From NCBI GenBank assembly GCA_965208105.1, contig OZ242318.1, forward strand, positions 2,208,001 to 2,272,000: DNA of 64,000 bases, written 5' to 3'. The translations under genes and the position numbers were made by a program. The first letter of the stretch is position 1. Each line of letters starts with the position of its first letter. The DNA comes from Candidatus Latescibacterota bacterium. GTDB lineage: Bacteria > Latescibacterota > UBA2968 > UBA8231. Under the pieces are notes generated by a model. That model did not search any database and was not told the DNA's origin. It saw nothing but the letters and a program-made list of their open reading frames with translations. Below, piece after piece: positions 46,368-56,529 of this stretch.

Positions 46368-48584
46368 CTACTCCGCCACCTCGACCAGGAGCACCTCGTG
46401 CAGCTCCACCTGCGGGACCACCACCCGCGCCGGCTCTCCACTCACTTCCAGAGATATATCCTGCAATGGCAGCCGCGCCGACTTGACCTCGAAGTCGTTG
46501 AAGCGGATGGTGACGTTGTGAATGGGATTCACTTCCTGGAGAGCAAAGAAGGTGGTCATGTCCCTTCCCACCCGCGAATCTTCGCCGATGCGCCAGGGCA
46601 GCAGGGGGGTGGGATTGTTCACCAGGTGGACCATCAGCTCCCCCGAGCTGCGGCGGGCGGCGGTGGCCTCTATGGCCTCCGGGGCCTCAATCTCGACGGG
46701 GGGCCTGGTTTTCCGCACCAGGTGGGCAAGAAATCTCTTCAGCGGCGGGTAGGGGTTGTTCATGTAGGCGCTGCCCACGTCGCCGCCGATGTATATGGCC
46801 CGCCCCCTGCCGCAGCGATGCAGGGTGACGGTTGGCTCGAAGGTGTCGTGGCCCCCGTCGGGTTCGAAGTTGTCGAGGGGGTCCTTGCCCCAGACCGTGC
46901 CGTTTTTCCACGGCGGTTCGGCCTTGAGGCTGCTTCGGGTGCAGAGGACCTCGACCTCGGCCCCGGGGCGCGGGCGCACTGCCGACTCCTCTCCTGAAAA
47001 ACAGACCACGTGGCCGAGCTCCCGGCGCATGTCCTTATCGTGGGGCAGGTAGATGACCGGGTGGGCTTCCCCCTCGTTCTGCCGGGCGCCCCTGTAGTCC
47101 ACTCCCAGCACCTCGGCCAGGGCGAAGTTGTCCCGCCTGCGGCCCAACTCGTCAAGCAGGGAGGTCTCGTGGGCGGCAACGAGGGTACCGCCGTCTTCGA
47201 CGAACTTCCCGATCGCCGCGCACTGCTTCTCGGAGAGGCAGGTGCTGGTTGAGAGAACCAGCACTTTGTACTGGGACAGGGTCTCCCACGCGAGATTCTC
47301 GTCAAGGACGAGGTCGAGCAATACGTGCGAGCGGTTGAGCATCTCGTAGGCGCCGAGGGCGTCCTTCTGCCCCAGCTCGCCGCGGTGCGCCCGCCGCCAG
47401 TTGCGGTGCAGCTCCGAGGGCCGGAAGTCCCTGCTCTGCTGGGAGTAGTGCAGGGCGGCGTACTTGACCGTGTCCCCCTCGATGTAGTCCGCCCTCTGCT
47501 TGAGCTCGGTGAAGAGCCACTGCATGGTTTCCTTCTGGATGGCGAGGGGATGCCCGATGGGAAGACCGCAGGGCTGGCCTCCGTTGGCTACGGCCGAAAA
47601 GGAGAAGACCGCCGCGGAAAAGCGCTCGGCGTAGGGGGCGGCGCCGAATCCCTCCAGGGTCTGGCAGAGGTTGCGGAAGACGGAGAAGGGCGCCCCGGTG
47701 GACCGCAGCACCTTGGCCACCAGGCCGGGCTCGCGCAGGGACCGCCCGGTGCAGTCGAAGAGGTATGCGCCGGCCTTCTCGATGTGGAGGGGGTTGAGAG
47801 GATGCCCGAGGGACCAGTCCGCGGTGGGCTCCATGTAGGTCTGCACCTCGAGGATGGCCTCGGGATGTTTCTCCCTGATCCTGCCCAGCAGGTGGAGGAT
47901 GAAGTCCCTGAACTTGGCGTAGCGCCAGTTGACGAAATGCCTGAAATCGACCGAGTCGAAGTCCACCCTGCGGGGTATCTCCAGCCCCGTCTCCGCGGCA
48001 AAGAGCTTCTCGCAGTAGCGGCAGCAGCAGGAGGGATACCACGGTCCCTTCTCGTGCGACCCCCAGTTGAGATCGTCGAAGTAGAGCCCGTCCAGGTCGA
48101 GATTGTCGAGCGTCTCGTTGAGGTACTCGGGGAGCCAGTCGCGGAAGGGAGAGTTGAAGCAGAACCAGCCCAGGTTCTCCTCCGGCGGCCTGCCGTCGTC
48201 CAGCATCTGCATCAGCCACTCCGGGCGCAGGAGCTTGAGCGGCTTGCAGTAGTTGACGGCGTAGTAGCCGATGAGGATCATGCCCTTGCGGTGGGCCGCC
48301 TCCAGGTACCTGGGCAGGAGCTCCTGGTCGACGTTGGGATGAGGCGGGAGCATGCGGGAGCGGAAACGGGGCGTGCCCCGGTCGATGACCGGGAGCACCA
48401 CCTGCACCTCCAGGCCCACCTCGTGGATGGCCTCGACGAAATCCTGAATGGCTTCTTCCGCGCCGGGAGCGGCGCAGGCGGGCGGCAGATAGGACAGGCA
48501 TTCCGGGTAGAACTCCGCCCGGCACACTCGCTTTTCGTAGGGCAACTGCCGCAACCTCCGGGAGGTCGAGCCGACTCGCTTCAT
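46368..48584 (-). CDS. Glycoside-hydrolase-like protein, paralogue of 42861..45092
   Basis: Shared WFC.NSPFRDWLPEYL, DG.YFDD.NWGSH, CCCRYC motifs. Confidence 0.8.
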   Translation of the reverse strand: MKRVGSTSRRLRQLPYEKRVCRAEFYPECLSYLPPACAAPGAEEAIQDFVEAIHEVGLEVQVVLPVIDRGTPRFRSRMLPPHPNVDQELLPRYLEAAHRKGMILIGYYAVNYCKPLKLLRPEWLMQMLDDGRPPEENLGWFCFNSPFRDWLPEYLNETLDNLDLDGLYFDDLNWGSHEKGPWYPSCCCRYCEKLFAAETGLEIPRRVDFDSVDFRHFVNWRYAKFRDFILHLLGRIREKHPEAILEVQTYMEPTADWSLGHPLNPLHIEKAGAYLFDCTGRSLREPGLVAKVLRSTGAPFSVFRNLCQTLEGFGAAPYAERFSAAVFSFSAVANGGQPCGLPIGHPLAIQKETMQWLFTELKQRADYIEGDTVKYAALHYSQQSRDFRPSELHRNWRRAHRGELGQKDALGAYEMLNRSHVLLDLVLDENLAWETLSQYKVLVLSTSTCLSEKQCAAIGKFVEDGGTLVAAHETSLLDELGRRRDNFALAEVLGVDYRGARQNEGEAHPVIYLPHDKDMRRELGHVVCFSGEESAVRPRPGAEVEVLCTRSSLKAEPPWKNGTVWGKDPLDNFEPDGGHDTFEPTVTLHRCGRGRAIYIGGDVGSAYMNNPYPPLKRFLAHLVRKTRPPVEIEAPEAIEATAARRSSGELMVHLVNNPTPLLPWRIGEDSRVGRDMTTFFALQEVNPIHNVTIRFNDFEVKSARLPLQDISLEVSGEPARVVVPQVELHEVLLVEVAE

Positions 48585-48603
48585 CTCTCACCTGTCTTTC
48601 GGG

Positions 48604-48684
48604 AGCGTTGGGTATTCAGGCGGACGGCCATCCTCGCCCGACTGGTATCCGGTTACCGATAGCGTTGGGTATTCAGGCGGACGG
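48604..48684. repeat. 24-bp direct repeat pair (57-bp period), intergenic
   Basis: AGCGTTGGGTATTCAGGCGGACGG at 48604-27 and 48661-84. Confidence 0.9.
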
Positions 48685-48726
48685 ACCTTGTCCTCCGGAT
48701 TGTAGTGCCCGCTGGCCTGGCTTCCC

Positions 48727-49545
48727 TTATCGCGGCAGCAGCTCGCGCAGGTGGGCGGCGGCGCGGGCGATGACCTCCCGGTCTCCGCAGGAGTTGACCC
48801 CCCTGCCCTCGAACACCACCTCCATGATGCCGTTGAACCCGGCGTCCGCCAGAATCGCGACGATGCGCTCGTAATCCAGCCACTCCTCCCGGCCGCTGTC
48901 GATCTTGAAGAACTTTGCCCGGACATGGGTGGCGTAGGGCGCGGTCTGCTCCATGAAGCGGTAGATCCGGTCCCCCGCAGTCGGTCCGGGAGGATCGCCG
49001 TAGGCGGCGCAGCCGGTCCACTGTCCGGTGTCCAGAATGTGGGTGAAGTTGTCCCGGTCGACCTGCTCCAGGAGCCGCAGGATGTTGTCTCCGCTGCATG
49101 GGTGATTCTGCAGGCCGACGATGACGCCCCTGTCGGCGGCGATGTCGCAGCACTCCCGCAGGCAGCGGATCTCCGCTTCCTGCTCCCCTGTGCTCCCGGG
49201 TTTCTCGCCGCAGAACACGCGGATGGCCGGGGCTCCGAGAAGGACTGCCCTCTCGATATCCTCCGCCACGAAGTCGATCTTGGCCCGGAGCTCCTCCTCG
49301 GGACCGGTGAAATGCCCCCGCGAGGCCAGGTAGCCGATGGGCAGTCCCGACTGGTGGCAGCGCAGCTTCAGGTCCAGCAGCTGCTGCCTTCCCCCTCTGC
49401 CTACGCTCCCGAAGCCCACGTCGCTGCGGAAGTCGATGGCGTCCAGCCTCAGCTCGCGGGCCAGATCGACAAAGCCGTCGACGCTCTCCAGCTCCGGGGA
49501 GTCCCCCTTGCCGAACATGGACGAGTAGAGGCCCACCTTAATCAC
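48727..49545 (-). CDS. Sugar phosphate isomerase/epimerase (TIM barrel)
   Basis: GAPAIRVFCG, LQNH, LDTG, HVRAK. Confidence 0.85.
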   Translation of the reverse strand: MIKVGLYSSMFGKGDSPELESVDGFVDLARELRLDAIDFRSDVGFGSVGRGGRQQLLDLKLRCHQSGLPIGYLASRGHFTGPEEELRAKIDFVAEDIERAVLLGAPAIRVFCGEKPGSTGEQEAEIRCLRECCDIAADRGVIVGLQNHPCSGDNILRLLEQVDRDNFTHILDTGQWTGCAAYGDPPGPTAGDRIYRFMEQTAPYATHVRAKFFKIDSGREEWLDYERIVAILADAGFNGIMEVVFEGRGVNSCGDREVIARAAAHLRELLPR

Positions 49546-49632
49546 GATGGCACCACCACCGGGGCCCGTTCCAAGCCGCCATGTCCGGAGAGCCGCCCGC
49601 GGAGCAGGCCGGCAGATCCTGAAAGAGCGCTT

Positions 49633-50508
49633 TCACGCCCACTTCTCCCGCTCCCACTGCTTCTCCGATATCCGTTCCACGTACTCTTCACCCTTGTGCT
49701 CCAGCAGCCACGCCTTCAGCGGCACGTCGGCGTCGGTGGGCTGCCACCACCCTTTCACGTCGACCCCGTCGCCGAGCAACTGGCGCCGGATCGGGCCGCA
49801 TTTGGCCAGGATCTCCGGGGGCATGAGGTTGTAATCGAGACCGCGCAGCCAGCGGTAGCTGTAGCCCAGGAACAGCACCTTGCGGGTCACCTCGGAGGTG
49901 TTGGTGCCGCGCGCGTGCCACATGCGCCGGTCGAAGAGCACCGCGGTTCCCGCCTTTACCTGAACCTGCAGCGCCCCCTCCGGATCGGCCTGGGGCTCGG
50001 AGTCCGGCGGGCGGTCGCGCCTGTGACTCCCCGGGACGATGCGGATGCCGCCGCGCTCCGGCTCGTCGATGTCCGTCAGCCAGAAGGCCACCTTCAACGA
50101 CAGGCGCGGATGCGGGCGCTCCATTTCCGGCACCGGGCGGCCGCCGTCCTGGTGCCAGTGGCGGCGCCGGTCCGGTTTGCCGTCGGGCTCGGGGGGATAG
50201 TAGATCAGGTGGGAAATGTAGTGCTGCACGTTCCAGCCGAGAATGTCCCAGATCAGCGGAAAGGTCCGGGGCCAGTCGAGGAGCTCCAGGAAGACCTCGT
50301 CCTCGACGATGGCGCGGAACTTGCTGAGGACGCCGTGGTCCCCCAGCTTTCGAGTCCGGCGCTCGCGCCGGTCCACGCGGTCGGCGGCCGCGGTCAGGCG
50401 CCCGATCATTTCGGCATCCAGGGCGTTTTCGATGACCAGGTATCCTTCCTGGTCGAAGAAGTCGCGTTGCGCCGCGGTCATGCAGTACTGCAGGCAGCCG
50501 GCATCCAT
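49633..50508 (-). CDS. Phytanoyl-CoA dioxygenase family protein
   Basis: WHQDG, VPGSH, FDRRMWH. Confidence 0.9.
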   Translation of the reverse strand: MDAGCLQYCMTAAQRDFFDQEGYLVIENALDAEMIGRLTAAADRVDRRERRTRKLGDHGVLSKFRAIVEDEVFLELLDWPRTFPLIWDILGWNVQHYISHLIYYPPEPDGKPDRRRHWHQDGGRPVPEMERPHPRLSLKVAFWLTDIDEPERGGIRIVPGSHRRDRPPDSEPQADPEGALQVQVKAGTAVLFDRRMWHARGTNTSEVTRKVLFLGYSYRWLRGLDYNLMPPEILAKCGPIRRQLLGDGVDVKGWWQPTDADVPLKAWLLEHKGEEYVERISEKQWEREKWA

Positions 50509-50609
50509 ACTACCTCCTCTTGACCCTCGTGCCCGAAGGCATTTAATAGGTTCCAGCTTGCGGCCCTCGAACCGCGCAGCCCGACCTTTGCTCGAAGGGA
50601 GAAGAACCC

Positions 50610-51728
50610 ATGCAGGTAACGGATATCAAGGTATATCCCGTCAAGTCCTATCGCAACAGCGGCATCCCCTCGCCTTGGATTCTGCTGCAGGTGTTCACCG
50701 ACGAAGGCCTGGTGGGGGTGGGGGACGCGACCAACTGGCCCGGCGGTCGGATCATCGCCAGGGCCATCGAGGAACTCGGCAGCCTGGTGATCGGAGAGGA
50801 CCCCTTTCACATCGAGTACCTCTACCACCGCATGTATCACGCCCTGCACCAGATCGGCCAGACCGGGGCGGTGATAGCCGCCATCAGCGGCATCGAAATC
50901 GCGCTGTGGGACATCGTGGGAAAGGCCCTAGGCCGCCCCATCTACGACCTCCTGGGCGGCCCCTGCCGCGACCGCGTGAGGTTCTACAGCCACGCCGACC
51001 AGCCCCAGGGCTGCGTCCGTCTGGCGCAGAAGGGTTGCACTGCCATCAAGGCCTACTTCCCCGGCGGGCGGCCGCGCCGGGGCGAGCGTATCGAGATTCC
51101 GACCTCAATCACCCTGGGCGATGAAATGAAAGCCCTGGAGCACATGCGCCACTGCCGCCGGGCGGTGGGGGACGAGGTGGACATCGCCACCGATCTGGGG
51201 GCGCGCTACACCACCAGCGCGGCCATCCGCCTGGGGCGGCGGCTGGAGGAGATCGGGCTGCTGTTCTTCGAGGAGCCCGTTGGACCGGAGAACATCGATG
51301 CCCTGGCCAAGGTGAGGGCGGCCATAAACGCGCCCGTCTGCGTCGGCGAGCGGCGCTACACCCGCTTCGGCTTCCGCGACCTGATCGCGGCCCAGGCGGT
51401 AGACATGATCATGCCCGACGTGGTCCGCGCCGGCGGCATTCTGGAGACCAAGAAGATCGCCGCCATGGCCGAGAGCTACTACATGCAGGTATCTCCCCAC
51501 AATCCCAACAGCGCCGTCTCCACTCTCGCCAGCCTGCAGTTGATGGCCAATATCCCCAACGGCCTGGTGCTGGAATACGTCGATGACGAACAGGACGCCC
51601 CCTGGCGCAACGATCTGCTCAGCCACCCTCCGCAAGTGGAAGACGGCTGCCTTCTCGTCCCCGCCAGGCCGGGCCTTGGCACCGAGCTGGTGATGAAAGA
51701 AGTGGAGAAGTACCGCTTCGAGGGCTGA
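50610..51728 (+). CDS. Mandelate racemase/muconate lactonizing enzyme family dehydratase
   Basis: SGIEIALWDI.GK, FFEEP, GER, PHN, PGLG. Confidence 0.92.
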   Translation: MQVTDIKVYPVKSYRNSGIPSPWILLQVFTDEGLVGVGDATNWPGGRIIARAIEELGSLVIGEDPFHIEYLYHRMYHALHQIGQTGAVIAAISGIEIALWDIVGKALGRPIYDLLGGPCRDRVRFYSHADQPQGCVRLAQKGCTAIKAYFPGGRPRRGERIEIPTSITLGDEMKALEHMRHCRRAVGDEVDIATDLGARYTTSAAIRLGRRLEEIGLLFFEEPVGPENIDALAKVRAAINAPVCVGERRYTRFGFRDLIAAQAVDMIMPDVVRAGGILETKKIAAMAESYYMQVSPHNPNSAVSTLASLQLMANIPNGLVLEYVDDEQDAPWRNDLLSHPPQVEDGCLLVPARPGLGTELVMKEVEKYRFEG

Positions 51729-51827
51729 AGTAACGGGAAAGCGCGGGGAGGTGTCACAGCCAACGGGACCAGGTTGCGGGCCCCGCGGTGCTCAGTGGCC
51801 GCGCCTTGGCTGCCACCTCGCCCGGGC

Positions 51828-52823
51828 TCAGCGGCAAACGGAAAATTCGCTGCTCTCCCGGTCGTAAATCAGCTTCTTGCCGGCGCACAGTTCGTCGGCA
51901 TCCACCCCGATCAGGCGCAATGGATTGTAAAACCCCAGAAGATGGAGATCGGCCCCGGTGAGAAATCCCAGGGAGGAGAGGTGGTTCATCGCCGCCAGCA
52001 TGTCCATGCCGGCGCCGGCGAGACAGTCCCGCTGTGGGTTGTAGACCCGCCCCGACCGCTCCAGCACGACCCGGCTGCCCCAGTAGTGGTATTCTCCGGG
52101 AGGAAGCCCGGCCAGGGGCGACAGGTCGCTGGTGACCACCGTGGTGTCAATGCCCTTGGCGCGCAGAACCACCTTGAGCAGGGACGGAGGCAGGTGATGG
52201 CCGTCGGCGATGATCATGGCCATCAGGCCGTCGTTGGCGAGGCCGGCCCAGATGGGATTGTGGTGGCGGTGGAGCTCGTTGGCCAGGCCGTTTCCCAGGT
52301 GGGTGAGGGCCCGGGCACCGGCGCCGGCCATTCGGGCGAGATCCTCCTCGGAAAAGGCGGAGTGCCCCACGGACACCACCATGCCCAGGTCGCGGGCGCA
52401 GTGGGCAAGCTCCTCCGCTCCGGGCAGCTCGGCCGCCAGGGTGAGCATGCGGATGTTCCCCCGGGCCCATTCCTGCATCCGCAGCAGCAGCGAAGGATCG
52501 GGCGGGCGCACGTGGCGCCCATCGTGGGCGCCCACGAAACCAGGTTCTCTGCTGATGAAAGGACCCTCCAGGTGGATGCCGGGCAATCTGCCGCGGAATT
52601 CACCGGACTCGATCGCGTCCGCGATCAGGGCGAGGTTGCGCCTGTATACCGCCAGCGGGCAGGTGACCAGGGTAGGCAGAAAGGCGGCCGTGCCCCTCTC
52701 CAGGAGATAGTTGCAGGCCTGGGCGAATTTGTCCCTGGTGAGCTCCGGGCTGGAGAAATCCGCGCCCATGGCGCCGTTGACCTGCAGGTCGACGAAACCG
52801 GGAATGGAACCTTCGGCGCTCAT
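51828..52823 (-). CDS. nagA: N-acetylglucosamine-6-phosphate deacetylase
   Basis: [30 protein letters not shown]. Confidence 0.88.
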   Translation of the reverse strand: MSAEGSIPGFVDLQVNGAMGADFSSPELTRDKFAQACNYLLERGTAAFLPTLVTCPLAVYRRNLALIADAIESGEFRGRLPGIHLEGPFISREPGFVGAHDGRHVRPPDPSLLLRMQEWARGNIRMLTLAAELPGAEELAHCARDLGMVVSVGHSAFSEEDLARMAGAGARALTHLGNGLANELHRHHNPIWAGLANDGLMAMIIADGHHLPPSLLKVVLRAKGIDTTVVTSDLSPLAGLPPGEYHYWGSRVVLERSGRVYNPQRDCLAGAGMDMLAAMNHLSSLGFLTGADLHLLGFYNPLRLIGVDADELCAGKKLIYDRESSEFSVCR

Positions 52824-53563
52824 GACCGCCGGCTCAGCAGGGACAGGGCCGGCTCGTCGGCAAAGAGCCGGGCATCGGGGTGTCGCTGCAGGATGGAGGC
52901 GGGGACCGTGTCGACCACCTCTCCTTCGAGGGCATGCTTCAGCGCCCGCGCCTTGCGCCGGTCGGGAACGGTGCATACGATGCAGCGCGCCTTCATGATC
53001 TGCCGCACGCTCATGGAGATGGCTCGTTCAGGCACATCGTCCATGGAGGAAAACCAGCCCTCCCCCACCTGCTGCCGGCGGCAGGCTTCGTCCAGCTCCA
53101 CGACGATGAAGGGATCCTCCACGGTGAAGTCAGCCGGGGGATCGTTGAAGGCGATGTGGCCGTTCTCGCCTATGCCGATGCAGGCCAGGTCGATGCGCGC
53201 GCCTTGAATGAGGGCGCCCAGGCGGCGGCACTCAGCGACCGGGTCGGCAGCCTCGCCGTCGATGTAGTGGAACCTGCGCAAGGCCGGGACCTTGGCCGCG
53301 AAGCGGTCGCGCAAATACCTCCTGAAGCTGGCGGGATGATCCAGGGGGAGTCCGACGTACTCGTCCAGATGGAAGACCGTCACCCTGGACCAGTCCACCT
53401 CCCGCAGCACCAGGCTGGAAAGCATCTCGAACTGACTGGCGCCCGTGGCCAGCACCAGGTGGGCTTCTCCGCGGTCCTCGACGGCCTGGTTGATAATCCC
53501 GGCGGCGCAGGCGGCCGCAGCCCTTCCCATTTCATTCTTGGTGGTGAACGCGCGAACTTCCAC
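52820..53563 (-). CDS. nagB: Glucosamine-6-phosphate deaminase/isomerase family
   Basis: [30 protein letters not shown]. Confidence 0.88.
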   Translation of the reverse strand: MEVRAFTTKNEMGRAAAACAAGIINQAVEDRGEAHLVLATGASQFEMLSSLVLREVDWSRVTVFHLDEYVGLPLDHPASFRRYLRDRFAAKVPALRRFHYIDGEAADPVAECRRLGALIQGARIDLACIGIGENGHIAFNDPPADFTVEDPFIVVELDEACRRQQVGEGWFSSMDDVPERAISMSVRQIMKARCIVCTVPDRRKARALKHALEGEVVDTVPASILQRHPDARLFADEPALSLLSRRS

Positions 53564-53940
53564 CGCGACGGTCTCCCTCTCGATACGGTGAAAAAACGTG
53601 GGGTGTCAAAAGACTCCCGAATCCTGGTGGAAATGTAAGAGGCGTCCCTGCCGGGTCAACTAATCCGCAACGGGGCGGCTTGCAGCGCATCGGCGGCGAC
53701 CGTGGAGAGATCGCCATCGATACCGGGGCCGGCGGGGTGCGCCTTGCGGGCAACTGACCCTCGCGGTCCTGGAGGGTCGAGGATCTGTGCCGTACCACGA
53801 ATCCCGTTCCGGGCGGCGGTCGAATTAGCGGTCAATTATGCTGTCATAAAACGGTGTAATTTGTCTCGTATACTTGCTTTTACGATATAGATACTATTAA
53901 TTTTAAATAGGTTACAACTTTATGTTTCCCGCCAGGTTGA

Positions 53941-55152
53941 TTGTCAAATAAGAGGCCAAATATGAACTGGGAAAAGTTTTCTTTTGACTTCCGCTTCGAC
54001 CCGAAAGATCTCTTTCACGATCTTGTCGCCATAGAAGCCTATAAAGAGGCTTCCATGAATCTGGCGTTTCCCCAGGAGTGGCAACGGCAACTCGACCGGC
54101 TGAATCGAGTGCGCGCGGTACATGGAACGACTGCCATAGAAGGCAATCCCCTTTCCGAGGCAGAAGTCGCCCTGCAGATGGAGCGTCTCGAACAACAAGA
54201 CCATGACGACAGAAAAACTGCGACAAAGGAACAGTTGCAGATCAGGAATGCCGGGGAAGCTCAGACCTGGGTGAGACAACGGTTCCTTCCAAACAGTCAG
54301 CCTGTTGGCCTGGGAGACATCTGCAAGATGCACGAAATGATCACCCGGGATTCGGATACGGTCAACAATATCCCCGGAAGATTCCGCGATTTTCCAGTGG
54401 TGGTGGGGACGGATGATCTGGGAGGAGTGCACAGAGGCGCCCCACACGAAAGGCTGCCGCGCTTAACGGAGGACTATATCCGCTTTATCAACTCTCCCGA
54501 CCTCGAAGGTAATCATCCGGTTATACGCGCATTACTCGCCCACTTCTTCCTGGTGACCATTCACCCCTTCGGAGACGGAAACGGCAGAGTCTCCCGGCTC
54601 GTCGAAGCGGGCATCCTCTTTCAGCGCGGGTATAATGTCCATGGATTTTACGGGCTCTCCAACTACTTCTACCGTCACGAAGAGCAATACAAATCAATCC
54701 TCCAACAGTGCCGGAAAATTCAGCCCTTCGATTTGACGCCATTCATCCGCTTTGGGGTGGTCGGCTTTGCGAGCGAACTCAAAGGTATAAACAATTTCAT
54801 CAAAGCACGGATCAATCGGCTGGTATACCGGACGATGATTGTCCGTGCTTTCAATAAAAAGACGGGGGTCCGGCGCCGGCTCCTGAATCAAAGAGAATAC
54901 AATCTCCTCGACTTTCTCCTGAGCGAGACCGAGCCGGCAGATCCCTTCTCGGATATCCCGTCCCGCAGAATCGAGCTGTCAGAGTTAATGGAATCCAGTT
55001 ACGTGCGGTCGGCGTACCAGAATGTCACCTGGCGAACTTTTCAGAGGGAGTTGATACGGCTGAGTGAATTGGGGTTTATCCGCTTTGCCAGGGATGAGTC
55101 GGTTCAGGACTGGGTCGTGGAATTGGATTTCGCCGCCATCTCAAAATACTGA
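53941..55152 (+). CDS. Fic family protein
   Basis: Canonical HPFGDGNGRVSR and N-terminal TTAIEGN inhibitory motif; alternative ATG 53962. Confidence 0.93.
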   Translation: MSNKRPNMNWEKFSFDFRFDPKDLFHDLVAIEAYKEASMNLAFPQEWQRQLDRLNRVRAVHGTTAIEGNPLSEAEVALQMERLEQQDHDDRKTATKEQLQIRNAGEAQTWVRQRFLPNSQPVGLGDICKMHEMITRDSDTVNNIPGRFRDFPVVVGTDDLGGVHRGAPHERLPRLTEDYIRFINSPDLEGNHPVIRALLAHFFLVTIHPFGDGNGRVSRLVEAGILFQRGYNVHGFYGLSNYFYRHEEQYKSILQQCRKIQPFDLTPFIRFGVVGFASELKGINNFIKARINRLVYRTMIVRAFNKKTGVRRRLLNQREYNLLDFLLSETEPADPFSDIPSRRIELSELMESSYVRSAYQNVTWRTFQRELIRLSELGFIRFARDESVQDWVVELDFAAISKY

Positions 55153-55188
55153 CGGCGGAACGGCGTCCCGGCGTACGCAAGCTCCGCC

Positions 55189-56529
55189 TTAAAACCTCAA
55201 GGTGAAAACCGTTTCCTGGTCGGCTCCGGAGCGGGCGCTGATGGTCCCCCGGTGCAGACGCATGATCTGCCGGCACAGGCTCAACCCGATTCCGGAGCCC
55301 TCCCGCTTGGTAGTGAAGAACGGAATGAAGATCTTCTCCAGGGCTTCCTCCGTAATTCCCGCACCGTTGTCGCTAACTTCTATGGCGATCCGCCCCCCGG
55401 CGTCCATCCTTCCCTTCAGTGCGATCCGCGCCCGGTCCCGTCCTTCCACGGCCTGGATGGCATTCTGCAGCAGATTGATCAGAACCTGGTCGATCTGCTC
55501 GGGGTCGGCGCTCAACTCCAGACTCTCGGGCTCGACCTCGCTGCGGAAGTCGATGTGAGCCTGCCTCAACGAGGTGCGCATTAGCTGCTCTACCCGGTCG
55601 AAAAGCTCGGTCAGGGGAAAGATCTGGAAGTCGGGAGTGGGCAGGCGGGTGAGCTTCCTGTAGTCCTGGACGAAGTGGAGGAGGCCCTCGCTGCGCCGCT
55701 GGATGGTGTGCACCGCGTCGCGCACGTCGCCCACGGTTTCGAGATCGAATCCGCCGTTTTCGGCCTCACTGTTCAGCATGGTGTCCGCCGTGGATGCCAG
55801 GGAGGCGATGGGGGTGATGGAGTTCATGATCTCGTGGGTGAGGACGCGGATGAGGTTCTGCCAGGCCTCTACTTCCTTCTCTTCAAGCTCGCTCTGGATG
55901 TTCTGCAGAGAGATCAGAGTGTACTGCTGTCCGTGCAGGCGGAAGGCGGTGGCGGACACGGCCAACTGCAGCGGCTCGCCCCTGCTTTCGATTTTGAGCA
56001 GGGTCTTCTCCTGCGGCTTGAGCTGCAGCAGGGTCCGCACCTGGTCGGCGCTGAGCACCTTCAGGGCGCGCATGTTCTTCACCTGGCCCACTTCCAGAAG
56101 ACGCTGGGCCGCGGTGTTGATCAGGTCCACCGCGCCGTCCGGGCGGAAGGCGACGAGGCCGACGCCCACGTGCTGCACCACGGTCTGCAGGTAGCGGAAA
56201 TGCTCCTCTTTTTCGGCGCGGGTGCGGCGGAAAGCGTCCAGGACCTCGTTGAAGGTATGGCGCAATTCGTCGAAGGACGATCCCGCCCCGGCGCCGCCAA
56301 AGGTCTGGGAGAAGTCGGAGTATTTTATGGTCTCGAAGAAGCGGCTCAAATCGCGGTTGGTGGTTTCAACGTAGCGAATCAGAGCGTAGATCTGGTAAAC
56401 CGCGAGCAAGCCCGCGACCAGGGCGGCGACGCGGGAGCCCTCGAGCAAGACATAGAAGAAGAGGCCGAGGCTGGCGCCGAGGAGCACAATGCGGCCGACG
56501 CACTGAATGCGGAAGCGCCTATAGACCAT
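55189..56529 (-). CDS. Sensor histidine kinase (NtrY-like)
   Basis: Two TM segments, PAS-like region, THEIMNS H-box, DNGAG, GSGIGL. Confidence 0.93.
   Translation of the reverse strand: MVYRRFRIQCVGRIVLLGASLGLFFYVLLEGSRVAALVAGLLAVYQIYALIRYVETTNRDLSRFFETIKYSDFSQTFGGAGAGSSFDELRHTFNEVLDAFRRTRAEKEEHFRYLQTVVQHVGVGLVAFRPDGAVDLINTAAQRLLEVGQVKNMRALKVLSADQVRTLLQLKPQEKTLLKIESRGEPLQLAVSATAFRLHGQQYTLISLQNIQSELEEKEVEAWQNLIRVLTHEIMNSITPIASLASTADTMLNSEAENGGFDLETVGDVRDAVHTIQRRSEGLLHFVQDYRKLTRLPTPDFQIFPLTELFDRVEQLMRTSLRQAHIDFRSEVEPESLELSADPEQIDQVLINLLQNAIQAVEGRDRARIALKGRMDAGGRIAIEVSDNGAGITEEALEKIFIPFFTTKREGSGIGLSLCRQIMRLHRGTISARSGADQETVFTLRF

Noticed and set aside
48604-48684. Minimal CRISPR array (24-bp repeat, 33-bp spacer)
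   Set aside because: Only two repeats, no palindrome or typical 3' end, residual similarity beyond the repeat, and no cas genes in the window.
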